64,000 nt of DNA, taken from NCBI GenBank assembly GCA_013416795.1, contig RQSC01000016.1, forward strand, positions 139,335-203,334, given 5' to 3'. A model generated the notes under the pieces. That model searched no databases. It was not told the DNA's origin and worked only from the letters and a program-made list of their open reading frames with translations. How positions within the stretch are numbered: position 1 is the first letter of the stretch; each line of letters starts with the position of its first letter. The position numbers were made by a program, and so were the translations under genes. Below, in pieces: positions 35,083 through 47,404 of this stretch. This DNA is from Prasinococcaceae sp. CCMP 1430. Lineage: Eukaryota > Plantae > Prasinodermophyta.

Positions 35083-35970
35083 GGCGGATCCGACCGACTT
35101 TCCGGAACGCACGCCCAAATTGCGCGCGCTTCCGCGGCAGGTGGGGGGGTACGAGGCCGGCCAGGAGGTGCGAGCGCGGCCCCTACTTGCCCTGCCTCTC
35201 CCTCCCTCCCTCCCTCCCTCCCCGCCTCGAGGCGGCGCTCGGGGACCGCCCCTCCTCCCCGCGCGCGCGGGCGCCCGCGCGCGCGGGCGCGCGCGCGCGG
35301 TGTGTGTGCGCACGCGCGCGCGCAAGCGAGCGCGCACGCGCGTGCCACACGTCGCGAGCGCGTAGACGGAGGTGTGTGGGGGAGAGAGATGCTGCGCCGC
35401 GCGGCGGCGCTGGCGGCGCGCGGGGTGTTGCACCCGCGCGACCGTGCGCTGTGGTCGTCCTCCTCCGCCGCCTCCGCCGCGGACTTCCCGGGCCTCCCCG
35501 CGGGGCCGCCCGCCGGCTTCACGAGCGAGCNNNNNNNNNNNNNNNNNNNNNNNNNNNNNNNNNNNNNNNNNNNNNNNNNNNNNNNNNNNNNNNNNNNNNN
35601 NNNNNNNNNNNNNNNNNNNNNNNNNNNNNNNNNNNNNNNNNNNNNNNNNNNNNNNNNNNNNNNNNNNNNNNNNNNNNNNNNNNNNNNNNNNNNNNNNNNN
35701 NNNNNNNNNNNNNNNNNNNNNNNNNNNNNNNNNNNNNNNNNNNNNNNNNNNNNNNNNNNNNNNNNNNNNNNNNNNNNNNNNNNNNNNNNNNNNNNNNNNN
35801 NNNNNNNNNNNNNNNNNNNNNNNNNNNNNNNNNNNNNNNNNNNNNNNNNNNNNNNNNNNNNNNNNNNNNNNNNNNNNNNNNNNNNNNNNNNNNNNNNNNN
35901 NNNNNNNNNNNNNNNNNNNNNNNNNNNNNNNNNNNNNNNNNNNNNNNNNNNNNNNNNNNNNNNNNNNNNN

Positions 35971-36840
35971 CGGCGACGCGAGCGCTGCGGGCGGCGGCGA
36001 GGCGGAGCGCTCCGCCCCCGCGTCCGAGTGGCTGCGCCGCGCCGACCTGGCCTCCGAGTTCCTGGCGGGCACCGTGGGCATGGTGCAGGCGGGCCTGCAG
36101 GCGGCGGTGCCCGTGGCGGCCGCCGCGCTCGACTCGGCCGGCGCGTACGCCAAGGGGAAGCTCACGCCGGCCGCGGAGCCGGTGGAGCTCTCCGAGGCCA
36201 CCAAGCAGCGCATCGCCAAGGCCAAGCGCACCGCCGAGCTCACCGCGACCGTGAGCGGCGTCGCGGTGGAGGGCGCCACCAGCGCGGCCGTGCGGGCCGC
36301 CGACGCGCTCGCCGAGCGCCTCAAGGCCACCGAGCTCGCCGGCAGGCTCATGCGCTCCGGCAAGGGCTCCGACAAGACCGAGGCGGCCGCCAAGGTGGCC
36401 AGCGCGGGCTTCTCGGCGCTCACGGCGATCGCCGAGGCGGCCTACGGCGCGGGAAAGGTGCGGAGAGGGAGCGCTTGTTGTTGAGTATGCAGGTGGGGTC
36501 GGTGGTCGGGTGGTGTCTGTGCGCGTGCCGTCGAGCGTGCGCGCGTGCTGGTGTGAAGAGTTCGGGCGGCGGGCGGGGAGCCTTTGTGGAGCGAGGGGAG
36601 GTCGCTGACGACGCGTTGCTCCCGCCGTGCCCCTCTCGCAGGCGCTGGCGAAGAAGTCTGCCTCGGTGACGGCGGACGTGGTGACGCACAAGTACGGCGA
36701 GGACGCGGGCCGCGCCGCCGCCGACGGCGCCGAGGTCCTCGGCGACGGCATCGAGGCCGCCGCGGCGCTGCGCAAGGCGGGGCCCAAGTCGCTCGCGAAG
36801 CGCGCCGCCAAGACGAGCATGGGCAAGCAGCTGGGGGGGG
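35971..36840 (+). CDS. Senescence/spartin-domain protein (ERD7-like), partial
   Basis: KLTPAAEPVELSEATKQRIAKAK...AYGAGK|ALAKKSASVTADVVTHKYGEDAGRAA. Intron 36458-36641; flanked by gaps. Confidence 0.75.
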
Positions 36841-38252
36841 CGAGCGGGGGGGGAAGGGTGGGCGCGCGAGAGGGAGGGACAGAGTGGGAGCGAGAGCGGC
36901 CCAGCGCGCGCTGGTGTGCGGAGCGCGGGCGCACGCGCCTCGCCCCGAGCGCTCGCGCGAGCGAGCGNNNNNNNNNNNNNNNNNNNNNNNNNNNNNNNNN
37001 NNNNNNNNNNNNNNNNNNNNNNNNNNNNNNNNNNNNNNNNNNNNNNNNNNNNNNNNNNNNNNNNNNNNNNNNNNNNNNNNNNNNNNNNNNNNNNNNNNNN
37101 NNNNNNNNNNNNNNNNNNNNNNNNNNNNNNNNNNNNNNNNNNNNNNNNNNNNNNNNNNNNNNNNNNNNNNNNNNNNNNNNNNNNNNNNNNNNNNNNNNNN
37201 NNNNNNNNNNNNNNNNNNNNNNNNNNNNNNNNNNNNNNNNNNNNNNNNNNNNNNNNNNNNNNNNNNNNNNNNNNNNNNNNNNNNNNNNNNNNNNNNNNNN
37301 NNNNNNNNNNNNNNNNNNNNNNNNNNNNNNNNNNNNNNNNNNNNNNNNNNNNNNNNNNNNNNNNNNNNNNNNNNNNNNNNNNNNNNNNNNNNNNNNNNNN
37401 NNNNNNNNNNNNNNNNNNNNNNNNNNNNNNNNNNNNNNNNNNNNNNNNNNNNNNNNNNNNNNNNNNNNNNNNNNNNNNNNNNNNNNNNNNNNNNNNNNNN
37501 NNNNNNNNNNNNNNNNNNNNNNNNNNNNNNNNNNNNNNNNNNNNNNNNNNNNNNNNNNNNNNNNNNNNNNNNNNNNNNNNNNNNNNNNNNNNNNNNNNNN
37601 NNNNNNNNNNNNNNNNNNNNNNNNNNNNNNNNNNNNNNNNNNNNNNNNNNNNNNNNNNNNNNNNNNNNNNNNNNNNNNNNNNNNNNNNNNNNNNNNNNNN
37701 NNNNNNNNNNNNNNNNNNNNNACGGCCGCGGCGCGAGCGGCGACGTGCGCGAGCGGGGGGGCTTCATCGGCGGCGGCGGCGGCGGCGGCGCGTGCGCGCG
37801 GGCGCTGCGCTGCATCGTGTGCGCAGCGGCAACTGTGTTCGTGCTGGCCGCCGCGGGCATTGCGCTCAGGCACTACAGCGACAGGTAGCGACGCGGCCCG
37901 GCAGGTGCGCGCGCTCCCCTGCGGGCGCCCGCGCGCCCGCCCGCCCGCTCGCTCTGACACCTGCGCGCGCACAGGGGCGCGCGGCGCGCTGCTCCCGCCG
38001 CCGCCGCGAGCGCGCGCGCGCATGCATGCATGCGTGCATGCATGCGCGCGCTCGTGGCTCGCCGCGCGTGTACAGTCGATCTGGATCGCTCATCCAACCA
38101 TATATCGCAACTTAGCCCCACCCGCCCACCCACTCGCGCACGCACGGCGCGCCCGGCCGCGTGCTGCTCCGCCGCGCGCTCCACGACGCTCCCCCTCCAT
38201 CCGCCGCTGGAGCCAACACGGCTGGCCGCGCGCTCGAGGATACCTGCTCGGC

Positions 38253-39330
38253 CTAGGAGGCATCGCCGGTCGCCAGGAGCTTGGCGAACTGCTCGGTGCT
38301 GATCACCCGAATGCCCTCCGCCGCCGCCTGCGCCCTCTCCTCGGGCGTGTTGTAGCCCCAGTCCACCAGGTACAGGTTCCAGTCGGCCAGCCGCCCGTCC
38401 TGCACGACCTTGCGCAGCGTCGCGAGGCGGTCCTCCACGAAGTGCAGCGTGCTGCCCGCGTGCTCCTCTGCGCGCGCGCGGGGGGGAAGGGGGGGCGAGA
38501 AAAACAGTCGTCGAAGGGGACACAAGAGGGGGGCGGGCCACACACCGCACACGTCAGCGCGACGCAGACTCCTGCATGGACTCCCGCGCGCTCCAGGACG
38601 CCCCGCTCGCCGCCCCGCTCCAATCACGAGCCAAAACAGCAACAAGCGCAGCGCCACACACCCAAGCGCGGCCGTCGACGGACCCCAACACGCGAGCGCA
38701 CGCACCCTTGCCCTGAATGAGCGCGAGCGTGTCCGCCTTGGGGCCCGAGCCCAGGCCGTACATGCGGTCGCAGTCGGCGGGCACGTCGACGTCGCCCAGC
38801 CGATCGAGCAGCGCGCTCGCGAAGCGCGCGTTCTTGGTGGTCACGACGTAGTAGTCGAAGGGCGTCGCCCGCATGGCCTCGGCGGTGCCGTCGTACATCT
38901 GGTTGGGCGCCAGCCAGCCGTCGAAGTCGCTGGCGATCCAGTCGTCGCGCACGCGCGCGAAGAAGTCGGCGAGGAAGGGCTTCTCCAGGCCCAGCGCGTC
39001 CACGTACCGCTCGCACATGTCGGCCCACCCGCCGCCGAGGATCCGGGCCACCATCTCGCCCCCGGGATTGCCCGCGAGCGCGTCCTCCAGGAGCAGCCGC
39101 GCGAGCACCAGGTTCTCGTAGCCGGTCTCCACGACCGGACGGGTGAGCTTGAGCTCGGCGACCACGCGGTCCCTGTGCGCCGCGGCCTCGTCCGTGCCGA
39201 ACAGCTCGGGCCAGAGCTCCACGCCGCCGCGCCAGCCACTGAGCGACGACTCGGGCTCGGTGTCGCACACGACGCCGTCGAAGTCGAGCGCGAACGTGTG
39301 CGCGGGGTCGACGGCGCGCGCCGCGCCCGC
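38253..39330 (-). CDS. HAD-superfamily hydrolase (plant/cyanobacterial type), 5'-partial
   Basis: Motif I ALDFDGVVCD; RPVVETGYEN; YYVVTTK; HFVEDRLATL; YLVDWGYNT. Intron 38705-38468. Confidence 0.85.
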
Positions 39331-39873
39331 GCCCGCGCCCGCGGCCGAAACACGCGCTTCCGAAACCGTAAAAAAAAAACGGACGCCGCGCGCGGAAACG
39401 GCGCGCGAACTCGCCCGCGAGGGCAGGGAGAGACCCGACGCGACAGGCGCCGCCGCTCCCTTTTTTTTTTTTTTTTTNNNNNNNNNNNNNNNNNNNNNNN
39501 NNNNNNNNNNNNNNNNNNNNNNNNNNNNNNNNNNNNNNNNNNNNNNNNNNNNNNNNNNNNNNNNNNNNNNNNNNNNNNNNNNNNNNNNNNNNNNNNNNNN
39601 NNNNNNNNNNNNNNNNNNNNNNNNNNNNNNNNNNNNNNNNNNNNNNNNNNNNNNNNNNNNNNNNNNNNNNNNNNNNNNNNNNNNNNNNNNNNNNNNNNNN
39701 NNNNNNNNNNNNNNNNNNNNNNNNNNNNNNNNNNNNNNNNNNNNNNNNNNNNNNNNNNNNNNNNNNNNNNNNNNNNNNNNNNNNNNNNNNNNNNNNNNNN
39801 NNNNNNNNNNNNNNNNNNNNNNNNNNNNNNNNNNNNNNNNNNNNNNNNNNNNNNNNNNNNNNNNNNNNNNNNN

Positions 39874-40961
39874 GCGACGAGCGGCGCCTGCTCGAGCGCG
39901 CGCGCGACCATGTAGCCTGGCGGAGCGGGCGGCGGCGCGCGGTGCGCTCGGCGGGGTCAGCGGCAATTGGCGAGGTGGAGGGGAAGGGGCGGACGACGGA
40001 GAGCGGGCGGGCGCGGCGCGGCCGCGCGTGCGCGCGCGCGCGAGAGAGAGAGAGAGCGCGCGCTCCGCATCACGACGACAAAGGGACTCACCGGTCGACG
40101 GGTGGACGGTGCCCGCCGCGCCGCCGAAGGGGACCACGCGCTGGCCGAGCGCCGGGATGGCCGACCCCATGGGGATCATGGCGCGCTCGTCCTCGAGCAC
40201 GGCGACCACCCGCACGCCCAGCCCGGCCAGCCGCGCCTCGAGGCGGCGCTCGAGCTCGGCGCTGCTCACCGGCGGCTTGGCCACCAGCGAGGTCTCCTCC
40301 ACGAAGATGCGCGTGGGCGAGAACGGCATGGCGTACAGGAAGGACGGCTCCTCCTCGTTGCGCGCGCGCCCCGCCGCGTCGAGGTGGCCGTCGCTCCAGT
40401 CCATGAGCAGCGCCTGGTGCATCGGCCACGGGCACGTGCCCGCCTCGATCTCGAGGAAGGCGCCGTACGTCACCTGGTAGCCCGGCTCGTGCACCTCGCC
40501 GGGCTCGTACTCCACCAGCGCGCGCGCGAAGCCCGTGCAGTCGAACACCGCCGCGGCGGCCACCTCGCCGCGCTCGCCGCGCCCGCGCACGGCCACGCGC
40601 GCCTCCTCCCCCGGCCCGCCCGCCGCCGCGGCCGCCCACTCGACGCCCTCGACGGCGCCCTCGACGAGGGTCACGAGGCCCGTCTCGGCGCACTGCGCGA
40701 TCAGGCGCTCCTTGAGCTTGACGCGGTCGACCTGCCCGTACGCGCGCGGCAGCACCGCCTCCTCGCCCTCCTCGGCGACCCACAGCGTCTCCGGCCACTC
40801 GCGCGCGAGGCAGTCGGCGTACTCGGTGCCGCGCACCTCGTCGGCCCACACGCCGTAGTTGTTGGGCCACGGCGCGGAGAGCCCCGGGTCGGCGACCACC
40901 ACCGAGGCGCCGCGCCGCGCCAGCTGCGCCGCGAGCGCGAGCCCGGCGGGCCCCGCGCCCG
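39874..40961 (-). CDS. LCY: Lycopene cyclase (CrtL/LCYB-LCYE family), internal fragment
   Basis: GAGPAGLALA; WPNNYGVWADE; FLYAMPFSPTRIFVEETSLV; IPMG; GGAAGTVHPSTG|YMVAR. Intron 40091-39917; both ends lie in gaps. Beta versus epsilon type not determinable here. Confidence 0.85.
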
Positions 40962-41593
40962 NNNNNNNNNNNNNNNNNNNNNNNNNNNNNNNNNNNNNNN
41001 NNNNNNNNNNNNNNNNNNNNNNNNNNNNNNNNNNNNNNNNNNNNNNNNNNNNNNNNNNNNNNNNNNNNNNNNNNNNNNNNNNNNNNNNNNNNNNNNNNNN
41101 NNNNNNNNNNNNNNNNNNNNNNNNNNNNNNNNNNNNNNNNNNNNNNNNNNNNNNNNNNNNNNNNNNNNNNNNNNNNNNNNNNNNNNNNNNNNNNNNNNNN
41201 NNNNNNNNNNNNNNNNNNNNNNNNNNNNNNNNNNNNNNNNNNNNNNNNNNNNNNNNNNNNNNNNNNNNNNNNNNNNNNNNNNNNNNNNNNNNNNNNNNNN
41301 NNNNNNNNNNNNNNNNNNNNNNNNNNNNNNNNNNNNNNNNNNNNNNNNNNNNNNNNNNNNNNNNNNNNNNNNNNNNNNNNNNNNNNNNNNNNNNNNNNNN
41401 NNNNNNNNNNNNNNNNNNNNNNNNNNNNNNNNNNNNNNNNNNNNNNNNNNNNNNNNNNNNNNNNNNNNNNNNNNNNNNNNNNNNNNNNNNNNNNNNNNNN
41501 NNNNNNNNNNNNNNNNNNNNNNNNNNNNNNNNNNNNNNNNNNNNNNNNNNNNNNNNNNNNNNNNNNNNNNNNNNNNNNNNNNNNNNNNNNNNN

Positions 41594-42296
41594 CGGCGCG
41601 GCGGCGGCCGTGGCCGCGGCCGCGATCGCCCTCGCGCCGGTGCCGCCCGCGCTCGCAGGAGGCGAGGCTGACGCCGGCGCGCTCTTCGAGGCCAAGTGCA
41701 TCGCGTGCCACGTGGGAGGCGGGAACGTCGTCGCGCGCAACAAGGTGCGGAAGGCCGGCGCTCTCGCAGCGGCCCGCCCGCCTGGACACCCATGCGCGGC
41801 GCGCGCCCCTGCGCGCAGACGCGCGCTCACTCGCGCATGCACGAGCGCGCGCACTCTGCGCTCGCACTTGCCGGTGCCTTGCCACGCGCTCGCACGCGTG
41901 TGCACGTGGGCGCACGCTCTCGCGCACATCGCCACAGACGCTGTCCTCCGCCGATCTGTCCTCGCACGGCTACGCAGACGCCGCGGCTGTCGGCACGATC
42001 ATCGAGGGCGGCGCCGGAAAGGTGCGTGCATGCCTGCCAACCACGCGCGCAAAGTTGACGCGCTCGCACCGATGCACGCGCGTGCCCACGCCCGCGCGCG
42101 CGGGCGGCATCCGAGCTCACACGCGCCCGCGAGCGCGCGCGCGCAGATGCCGGGCTTCGGCGAGAGCTGCGAGCCGCGCGGCGCGTGCACCTTCGGCGCT
42201 CGGCTGAGCCCCGAGGAGGTGCAGGCGCTCGCTGAGTACGTGGTGGCGCAGGCCGACGCCGGCTGGCCTGATGGCGGCGCCGCAGCGAGCAGCTGA
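41594..42296 (+). CDS. Cytochrome c6A (5'-partial)
   Basis: CIACH heme motif; axial-Met MPGFG followed by the two-Cys loop ESCEPRGACTFGARL diagnostic of c6A. Exons ending at 41744, then 41938-42021 and 42147-42296. Confidence 0.9.
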
Positions 42297-43784
42297 CGTG
42301 CGTGCGGCGAGCGCGCGCGCCAACGCGCGCGCGTGCGTGCGTGTTTCTCGCATGTACTGTCTTGTGTATGAATACCATTCCATTCGCACGGCACCATCTC
42401 ATCCGCGCGCCCGGACGCCCTCACTGCACACGCACGCCCTTGCGACCACGCTCGCCCGCACGCAAGCACGCGCCCGTGTGCATGCACCCGATGCACGCGC
42501 GCGTGTGGGAGAGAACGGTTGCGCAGGCCGAAAAAATTGTGCCCCTCCATTACGGGCCCTATGGTACAGAGCACCCGGCGCTCAACGCCGTCCCGCGGGC
42601 TCCGCAGAGACTGTGCGGTCGTAGCTGTGCAGGCGTGATGCGAACATTTGCGCGTTTGCGCGTCCATCCGCCCGTGTGGGAGTGTGCGTGGGGCGGGGGG
42701 GTGCCGTGTACGTTTGCGTGCACGTGTGTGTGTGGATGCGCACGCACGAACGCGCGATCATGTGTGTGCGCGTCAGTGCGGGGTCACAGCGTGCGCTTCT
42801 GAGGCGCATGTGGCGCTGCGCGCACGCGCGTGCGTGCGCGTTTGGGACCGCGCGAATCGCTCACCCCTCGATGCACGCCGCAGCGAAGAGCACGCCGAGC
42901 GTGAGGCCCTGTGCGTACACGCGCGTGTGTATGAGCTTGAGCGAGATCGGCAGCGCTGGCTACACGCGGCGTATTTTTGTGCGCGTGCGGAGCGTCCGAG
43001 TGTCAGTACGCCCTCGCATGTGCGCGCACTCTCACCGACGAGCGAGGGGGCCGCATTGCGCTTACACGCACGAGAGCGCGAGCGCGCGCTCTTGCTCGCA
43101 CGCCCGACGCGCCCACCCACCCACCGCGCTCACGCATGCGCGCGTGCGCGCGCGCGCGCGCGCGCTCCGGGAGCGCCACCGCCGCGCCGCGCCGCACCTT
43201 CATGGCGAAGTTATACNTGCGTGTGTGTGTGTGTGTGTATGTGCGTGTGTGTGTGTAGGTGTGTGCGTGTGTGTGTAGGTGTGTGTGTACCCTGTGTGTG
43301 TGTGTGCGCACGCGTGTGTGTGCGTCTGTGCCGTGCTACGTACGTACCCACCCCTCTCGCAGCTGAGGCGGCTCTCCATGCGCGCGACGTGCGCGCGTGC
43401 GCGCGCGCGCGCGGCCCTGCGGCGACGGGAAAATGCAAATCGAAATCTCAACCGACGTTTCTCCATGAAATGTATGTGCACGTATCTATCCCACGCGAAG
43501 CCGCGGAAGTCAACGACGAAAGATCTCACCGAATGGAATCCACAATCTGGTGAAAGTGTACATATAAATGGAAAGAATGGATTCCTTAAAACTTAAGGGT
43601 TCCAAATCAAAATGACGTGGGTTCCAGCGGTGAGTGATAAGTCTCCCGTGTGTGGATAATACGTCTGTTAATGATTGGGTATGAATGCCGACGGGCGTGG
43701 GCGCGGGCGCGGGCCAGGCGACTTTTTGGTGTCCGGGACGCCGTCATAGGGTACAAGCGCGCGTGCGAGCGCGCGGCGCTCGGC

Positions 43785-44456
43785 ATGGTGAACCCCAAGG
43801 CGGCTGCCAAGAGGGAGCAGCAGGCTATCCGCGCGCAGGCGAGCGCCATTGTCGCCGAGCGCCGCGCCGAGGATGCCTACTGGAAAGAAGCTGGCGAGGG
43901 CGCCATGAGCAAGGCGCAGCAGAAGCGCGCCGAGGACGACCGCCGCCGCGCCGAGGCGGCCAAGCGCAAGTCCGAGGGCAAGGCGCTCGCCAGCGCCGAG
44001 GCTGCCGAGATGGCATCCTACGGCAAGAAGCAGGGCCAGAAGGCCAAGGCCAAGCAGGGCAAGAAACTCACGGTCGCCGAGCTGATGGCCCGCAAGGCCA
44101 AGGAGAAGGCCGAGCGCGAGGCGGAGGCCGCGCGCAAGAAGGACGAGGTTGGGGTCGACCAGTACGCCGCCATGCTCGACGTGCGCAACTCGAACCGCGA
44201 CGAGGTGGACGTCGAGGCGAGTGGCATCGACGATGCCGTCGCGCAGCTCGTGGCGCTGCAGATGGGCGAGGGCGACGCCCCGGCAAAGGACATGCACCCT
44301 GAGAAGCGCGTCAAGGCGGCCTTCATGGCGTTCCTCGATGCCGAGCTGCCCGCCCTCAAGGCCTCCAAGCCGGGCTTGAGGGAGAACCAGTACCGCGAGA
44401 TGGCGTGGAAGGCCTTCCGGAAGTCGCCCAACAACCCCCTCAACCAGCAGCAGTGA
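43785..44456 (+). CDS. CCDC124: CCDC124/Lso2-family ribosome-associated protein
   Basis: N-terminal EDAYWKE; C-terminal MHPEKRVKAAF..F....LP.LK...PGLR.NQY.....K.F.KSPNNPLN. Confidence 0.85.
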   Translation: MVNPKAAAKREQQAIRAQASAIVAERRAEDAYWKEAGEGAMSKAQQKRAEDDRRRAEAAKRKSEGKALASAEAAEMASYGKKQGQKAKAKQGKKLTVAELMARKAKEKAEREAEAARKKDEVGVDQYAAMLDVRNSNRDEVDVEASGIDDAVAQLVALQMGEGDAPAKDMHPEKRVKAAFMAFLDAELPALKASKPGLRENQYREMAWKAFRKSPNNPLNQQQ

Positions 44457-44642
44457 AGGGCGCGGCCCGCGCGTGGGGCGCATGCTCCACCGCCGCCGCG
44501 GACGCCTATCGGCGCTTATACATTTTTTACGACCCTCGCACGCCCGCCTGCCCGCGCACTCGCCTGCCTCGCCCCGCGCGCACCCGCGCATGCTCAGTGC
44601 TGGCGCGCACGCGTGCACGGCGTCCGCCTCGCCTCGCCATCG

Positions 44643-45752
44643 TTACATGCGCGCGCGCATGGCGGCGACCGCGCACGCGGCGGCGGCCTCGTCGAATCCC
44701 AGCGCGCGGCACACGTGCGCGGCGATGCGCTCCGGCGCCTCCTGCGGCAGGAAGTGCCCAACGCCGTCCACCACGTGAAGTGTCGCGTCGCGCATGCGCG
44801 AGATGCAGTGCCGCTCGTAGTACTGCACCGTGGGAATGCGCTTGAGCAGGTCGAAGTGCCGCGAGGCGCTGCCAACGAGCAGCGCCACCGGACAGACGAT
44901 CTCGCGTAGGCGCTCCACGACGATTGGGGGGTGCAAGTAGAAGGGCGCCTCTACCTCGGGCGAGCAGCGCAGCTCGAGGTCGCGCCCGCCGCGAGTCGCC
45001 AACTTGGTGGCCGAGTCGGCATAGGCCTCCACCGCACGCGCGTCCCACGCGGCGTACGGCCGTCCCTTGGCTACGAGGTAGGCGAGCAGCTCCTCGCGGT
45101 TGCCCCAGCGGCGCTGACGCGCACGCGTGGTGGCGTAGAGCAGATTTCGGTCGGCGCAGCGCGACCAAGGCGCCGCAGCAGCCTCCGCGTCGAAGAGCAC
45201 CGGCTCGAGGAGGACGAGCCGAGTGAAGAGCCCGCCCACGCCGTCACCCGCGCGTGCGCGCGTGCGTTCCTGGGCGCGCGCATCTGTGTTTGGCGCGCCG
45301 TCCGCGCGCCGCGCGGCGTCCATCTCGGCGATCGCGCATCCCGTGCCGCCCATCGAGTGGCCCACCCCCACTATGGGCACGACGCTTTCGGCGTCGTCGC
45401 CCTCCCCCAGCAGCCCCGCATCGCGCAGCACTTCCCTGATGTTGGCCGGACAGAGGCTGCCAAAGTGCCCATCGGCGTGATCCGCGCCATCTGACCCGCC
45501 GTGGCCGCCGAAGTCGAGGCTCAGATAGCCCGCAACGGGTGCCCCCGCCGCGAGGAGCGTGTCCACGAACGGCGACCAGCACTCCTTCGTGAGGCCTGCG
45601 GCATGCGCGAGCAGCAGCACGGGTGGCGCGCTATCTCGTCCGGCCGCGGTCGCGTTCTGCTCGCACGCTCGCGCGTGCGCGGCGCCCGCCCGCCAGTGCC
45701 ACGCGACGCGTCCCCGCGTGCGGCCGGCGCGCTCGCCGCCGCCGAGCGCTCG
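44643..45752 (-). CDS. Alpha/beta-fold hydrolase, 5'-partial
   Basis: LLLAHAAG; SLDFGGHGGS; nucleophile elbow GHSMGG; LVLLEP; GHFLPQEAP. Confidence 0.85.
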   Translation of the reverse strand, partial: RALGGGERAGRTRGRVAWHWRAGAAHARACEQNATAAGRDSAPPVLLLAHAAGLTKECWSPFVDTLLAAGAPVAGYLSLDFGGHGGSDGADHADGHFGSLCPANIREVLRDAGLLGEGDDAESVVPIVGVGHSMGGTGCAIAEMDAARRADGAPNTDARAQERTRARAGDGVGGLFTRLVLLEPVLFDAEAAAAPWSRCADRNLLYATTRARQRRWGNREELLAYLVAKGRPYAAWDARAVEAYADSATKLATRGGRDLELRCSPEVEAPFYLHPPIVVERLREIVCPVALLVGSASRHFDLLKRIPTVQYYERHCISRMRDATLHVVDGVGHFLPQEAPERIAAHVCRALGFDEAAAACAVAAMRARM

Positions 45753-46040
45753 NNNNNNNNNNNNNNNNNNNNNNNNNNNNNNNNNNNNNNNNNNNNNNNN
45801 NNNNNNNNNNNNNNNNNNNNNNNNNNNNNNNNNNNNNNNNNNNNNNNNNNNNNNNNNNNNNNNNNNNNNNNNNNNNNNNNNNNNNNNNNNNNNNNNNNNN
45901 NNNNNNNNNNNNNNNNNNNNNNNNNNNNNNNNNNNNNNNNNNNNNNNNNNNNNNNNNNNNNGCCCTCTCCTGAAGGCCCAGCGCCAGAGTGGCGCCGCGC
46001 CCGCAGCCCCAGGCGCCGCGCGCGCGCGATCCAAAACGCT

Positions 46041-46063
46041 TTTAGGGTTTTATCTTTAGGGTT
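46041..46063. promoter_or_regulatory. Telo-box-like motifs (TTTAGGGTTT, TTTAGGGTT) in a divergent promoter
   Basis: Two plant-type telomere-motif copies between the hydrolase and Rab18 5' ends. Confidence 0.45.
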
Positions 46064-46242
46064 AACTGTGAGTTCAAATTGCCTCCGCGCGGAGGCGTTG
46101 CGTTTGTTCTGTGCGGCGCCCGGCGCAGCTCGTTGTGATGGCATTTTCACAATGGGGCCCTTTTTTTCCGTAGGCTGCGCGGCGCCAGGCGCCACACGCG
46201 CGCCGGGGCGCGCCCCCCTTGGATCGCGCGCGCGCGCGCGCG

Positions 46243-47270
46243 ATGTCGTCCGCGCTGCAGGGCGGCGCGGGGGCGTTCGACCACCTCTTCAAGTTGCTGC
46301 TCATCGGCGACTCGGGCGTGGGCAAGGTGGGGCGCGCGAGCCGCGGGCGCGGCTCGCGCGGGGCGCTCGTGCGGTCTTTATCGTGCGCGCGGCCGGCTGC
46401 GAGAGTGCGAGAGAGGGGGGGGGAGGAGGAAGGCCGCGAGAGCGCGCGGCGGCGCCCGCAGCGCGGCTCGCCGCGAATGTGCGCGCGCAAATGCGCAAAC
46501 GCGCGCGCCAATCAGTGCGCACCTGGCGCTCGCACTGACGCGCCGTCGCTCTCGCGGCGCGCGCGCGTGCCCGTGGGTGCGCTCTTCGCACGCGCGCTCC
46601 CAGTCGAGCCTGCTGTTGCGCTTCACCGCGGACACCTTCGATGACCTATCTCCGACCATCGGCGTGGACTTCAAGCTCAAGACGCTGTCGCTCGACGGCA
46701 AGTCGCTCAAGCTCACCGTGTGGGACACTGCGGGGCAGGAGCGCTTCCGCACGCTCACGAGCAGCTACTACCGCGGCGCACAGGGCGTCATCCTAGTGTA
46801 TGACATCACGCGCCGCGACACCTTCGAGGCGCTGCGAGACGTGTGGCTCAAGGAGGTCCAGATGTACGCCACGTTCAAGGTGCGTGCGCTCGCTCGCGCG
46901 GACAAACGTACACGCATGATTCCCCCCGGGGCGCGCCCGCCCGTTGATGCGCGCGTGTGCTGACCCCTGCGCGGGCGCTGGCTGCACCCGGCCCTCCCCG
47001 CAGGAGGCACCAATGATGCTTGTGGGCTCCAAGGCGGACCTCGACGGCGAACGCGAGGTGTCCGCTGAGGAGGGCGAGGCATTCGCGCGCGAAGTGGGCT
47101 GCCTCTTCCTGGAGTGCTCCGCCAAGACCAGGCTCAACGTGCAGCACTGCTTCGAGGAGCTCGTGCGCAAGATTCTGGAGACGCCCAGCCTCGTGAACGG
47201 CGGGGGCGGCGCGGGGGGTGTCAACGTGAGCGGCGGCGGCAGCGCCGTTGCCAGCGCGTGCTGCAGCTGA
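46243..47270 (+). CDS. RAB18: Rab18/RABC small GTPase
   Basis: GDSGVGK|S; LSPTIGVDF; [22 protein letters not shown]; ECSAKT; C-terminal CCS. Exons 46243-46326, 46604-46879 and 47004-47270; TGTAA at 47295. Confidence 0.92.
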
Positions 47271-47404
47271 GGCATGTCGCGCACCCTGTACCATTGTAAC
47301 TCCGACACGCACGCGCGCACGCACACTCGCGCGCGCGCGCGCGCGTCACGCGTGCCCTGGGGCACAAGAATCACCGAACTGACAGTGGGCGGCGCTGCGG
47401 CCGC

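Noticed and set aside
35389-35530. ATG at 35389 as the start of the spartin-like gene
   Set aside because: It is separated from the domain by a gap, and the opposite strand is equally plausible as an upstream exon of the amino-acid transporter.
37722-37888. Short plus-strand frame ending in a hydrophobic helix (ALRCIVCAAATVFVLAAAGIALRHYSDR*)
   Set aside because: Could be a gene C-terminus, but it is too short and gap-bounded to support a call.
38554-41793. 1079-aa ORF apparently joining LCY and HAD (also ORFs such as 8065-10443, 27581-29392 and 35519-38023)
   Set aside because: Continuity is produced by translating through N gaps and stop-free introns. It is not evidence of a single protein.
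43195-43216. Tiny minus-strand exon-like piece (YNFAMK|GTGCGG) next to N43217
   Set aside because: Only six codons; cannot be assigned.
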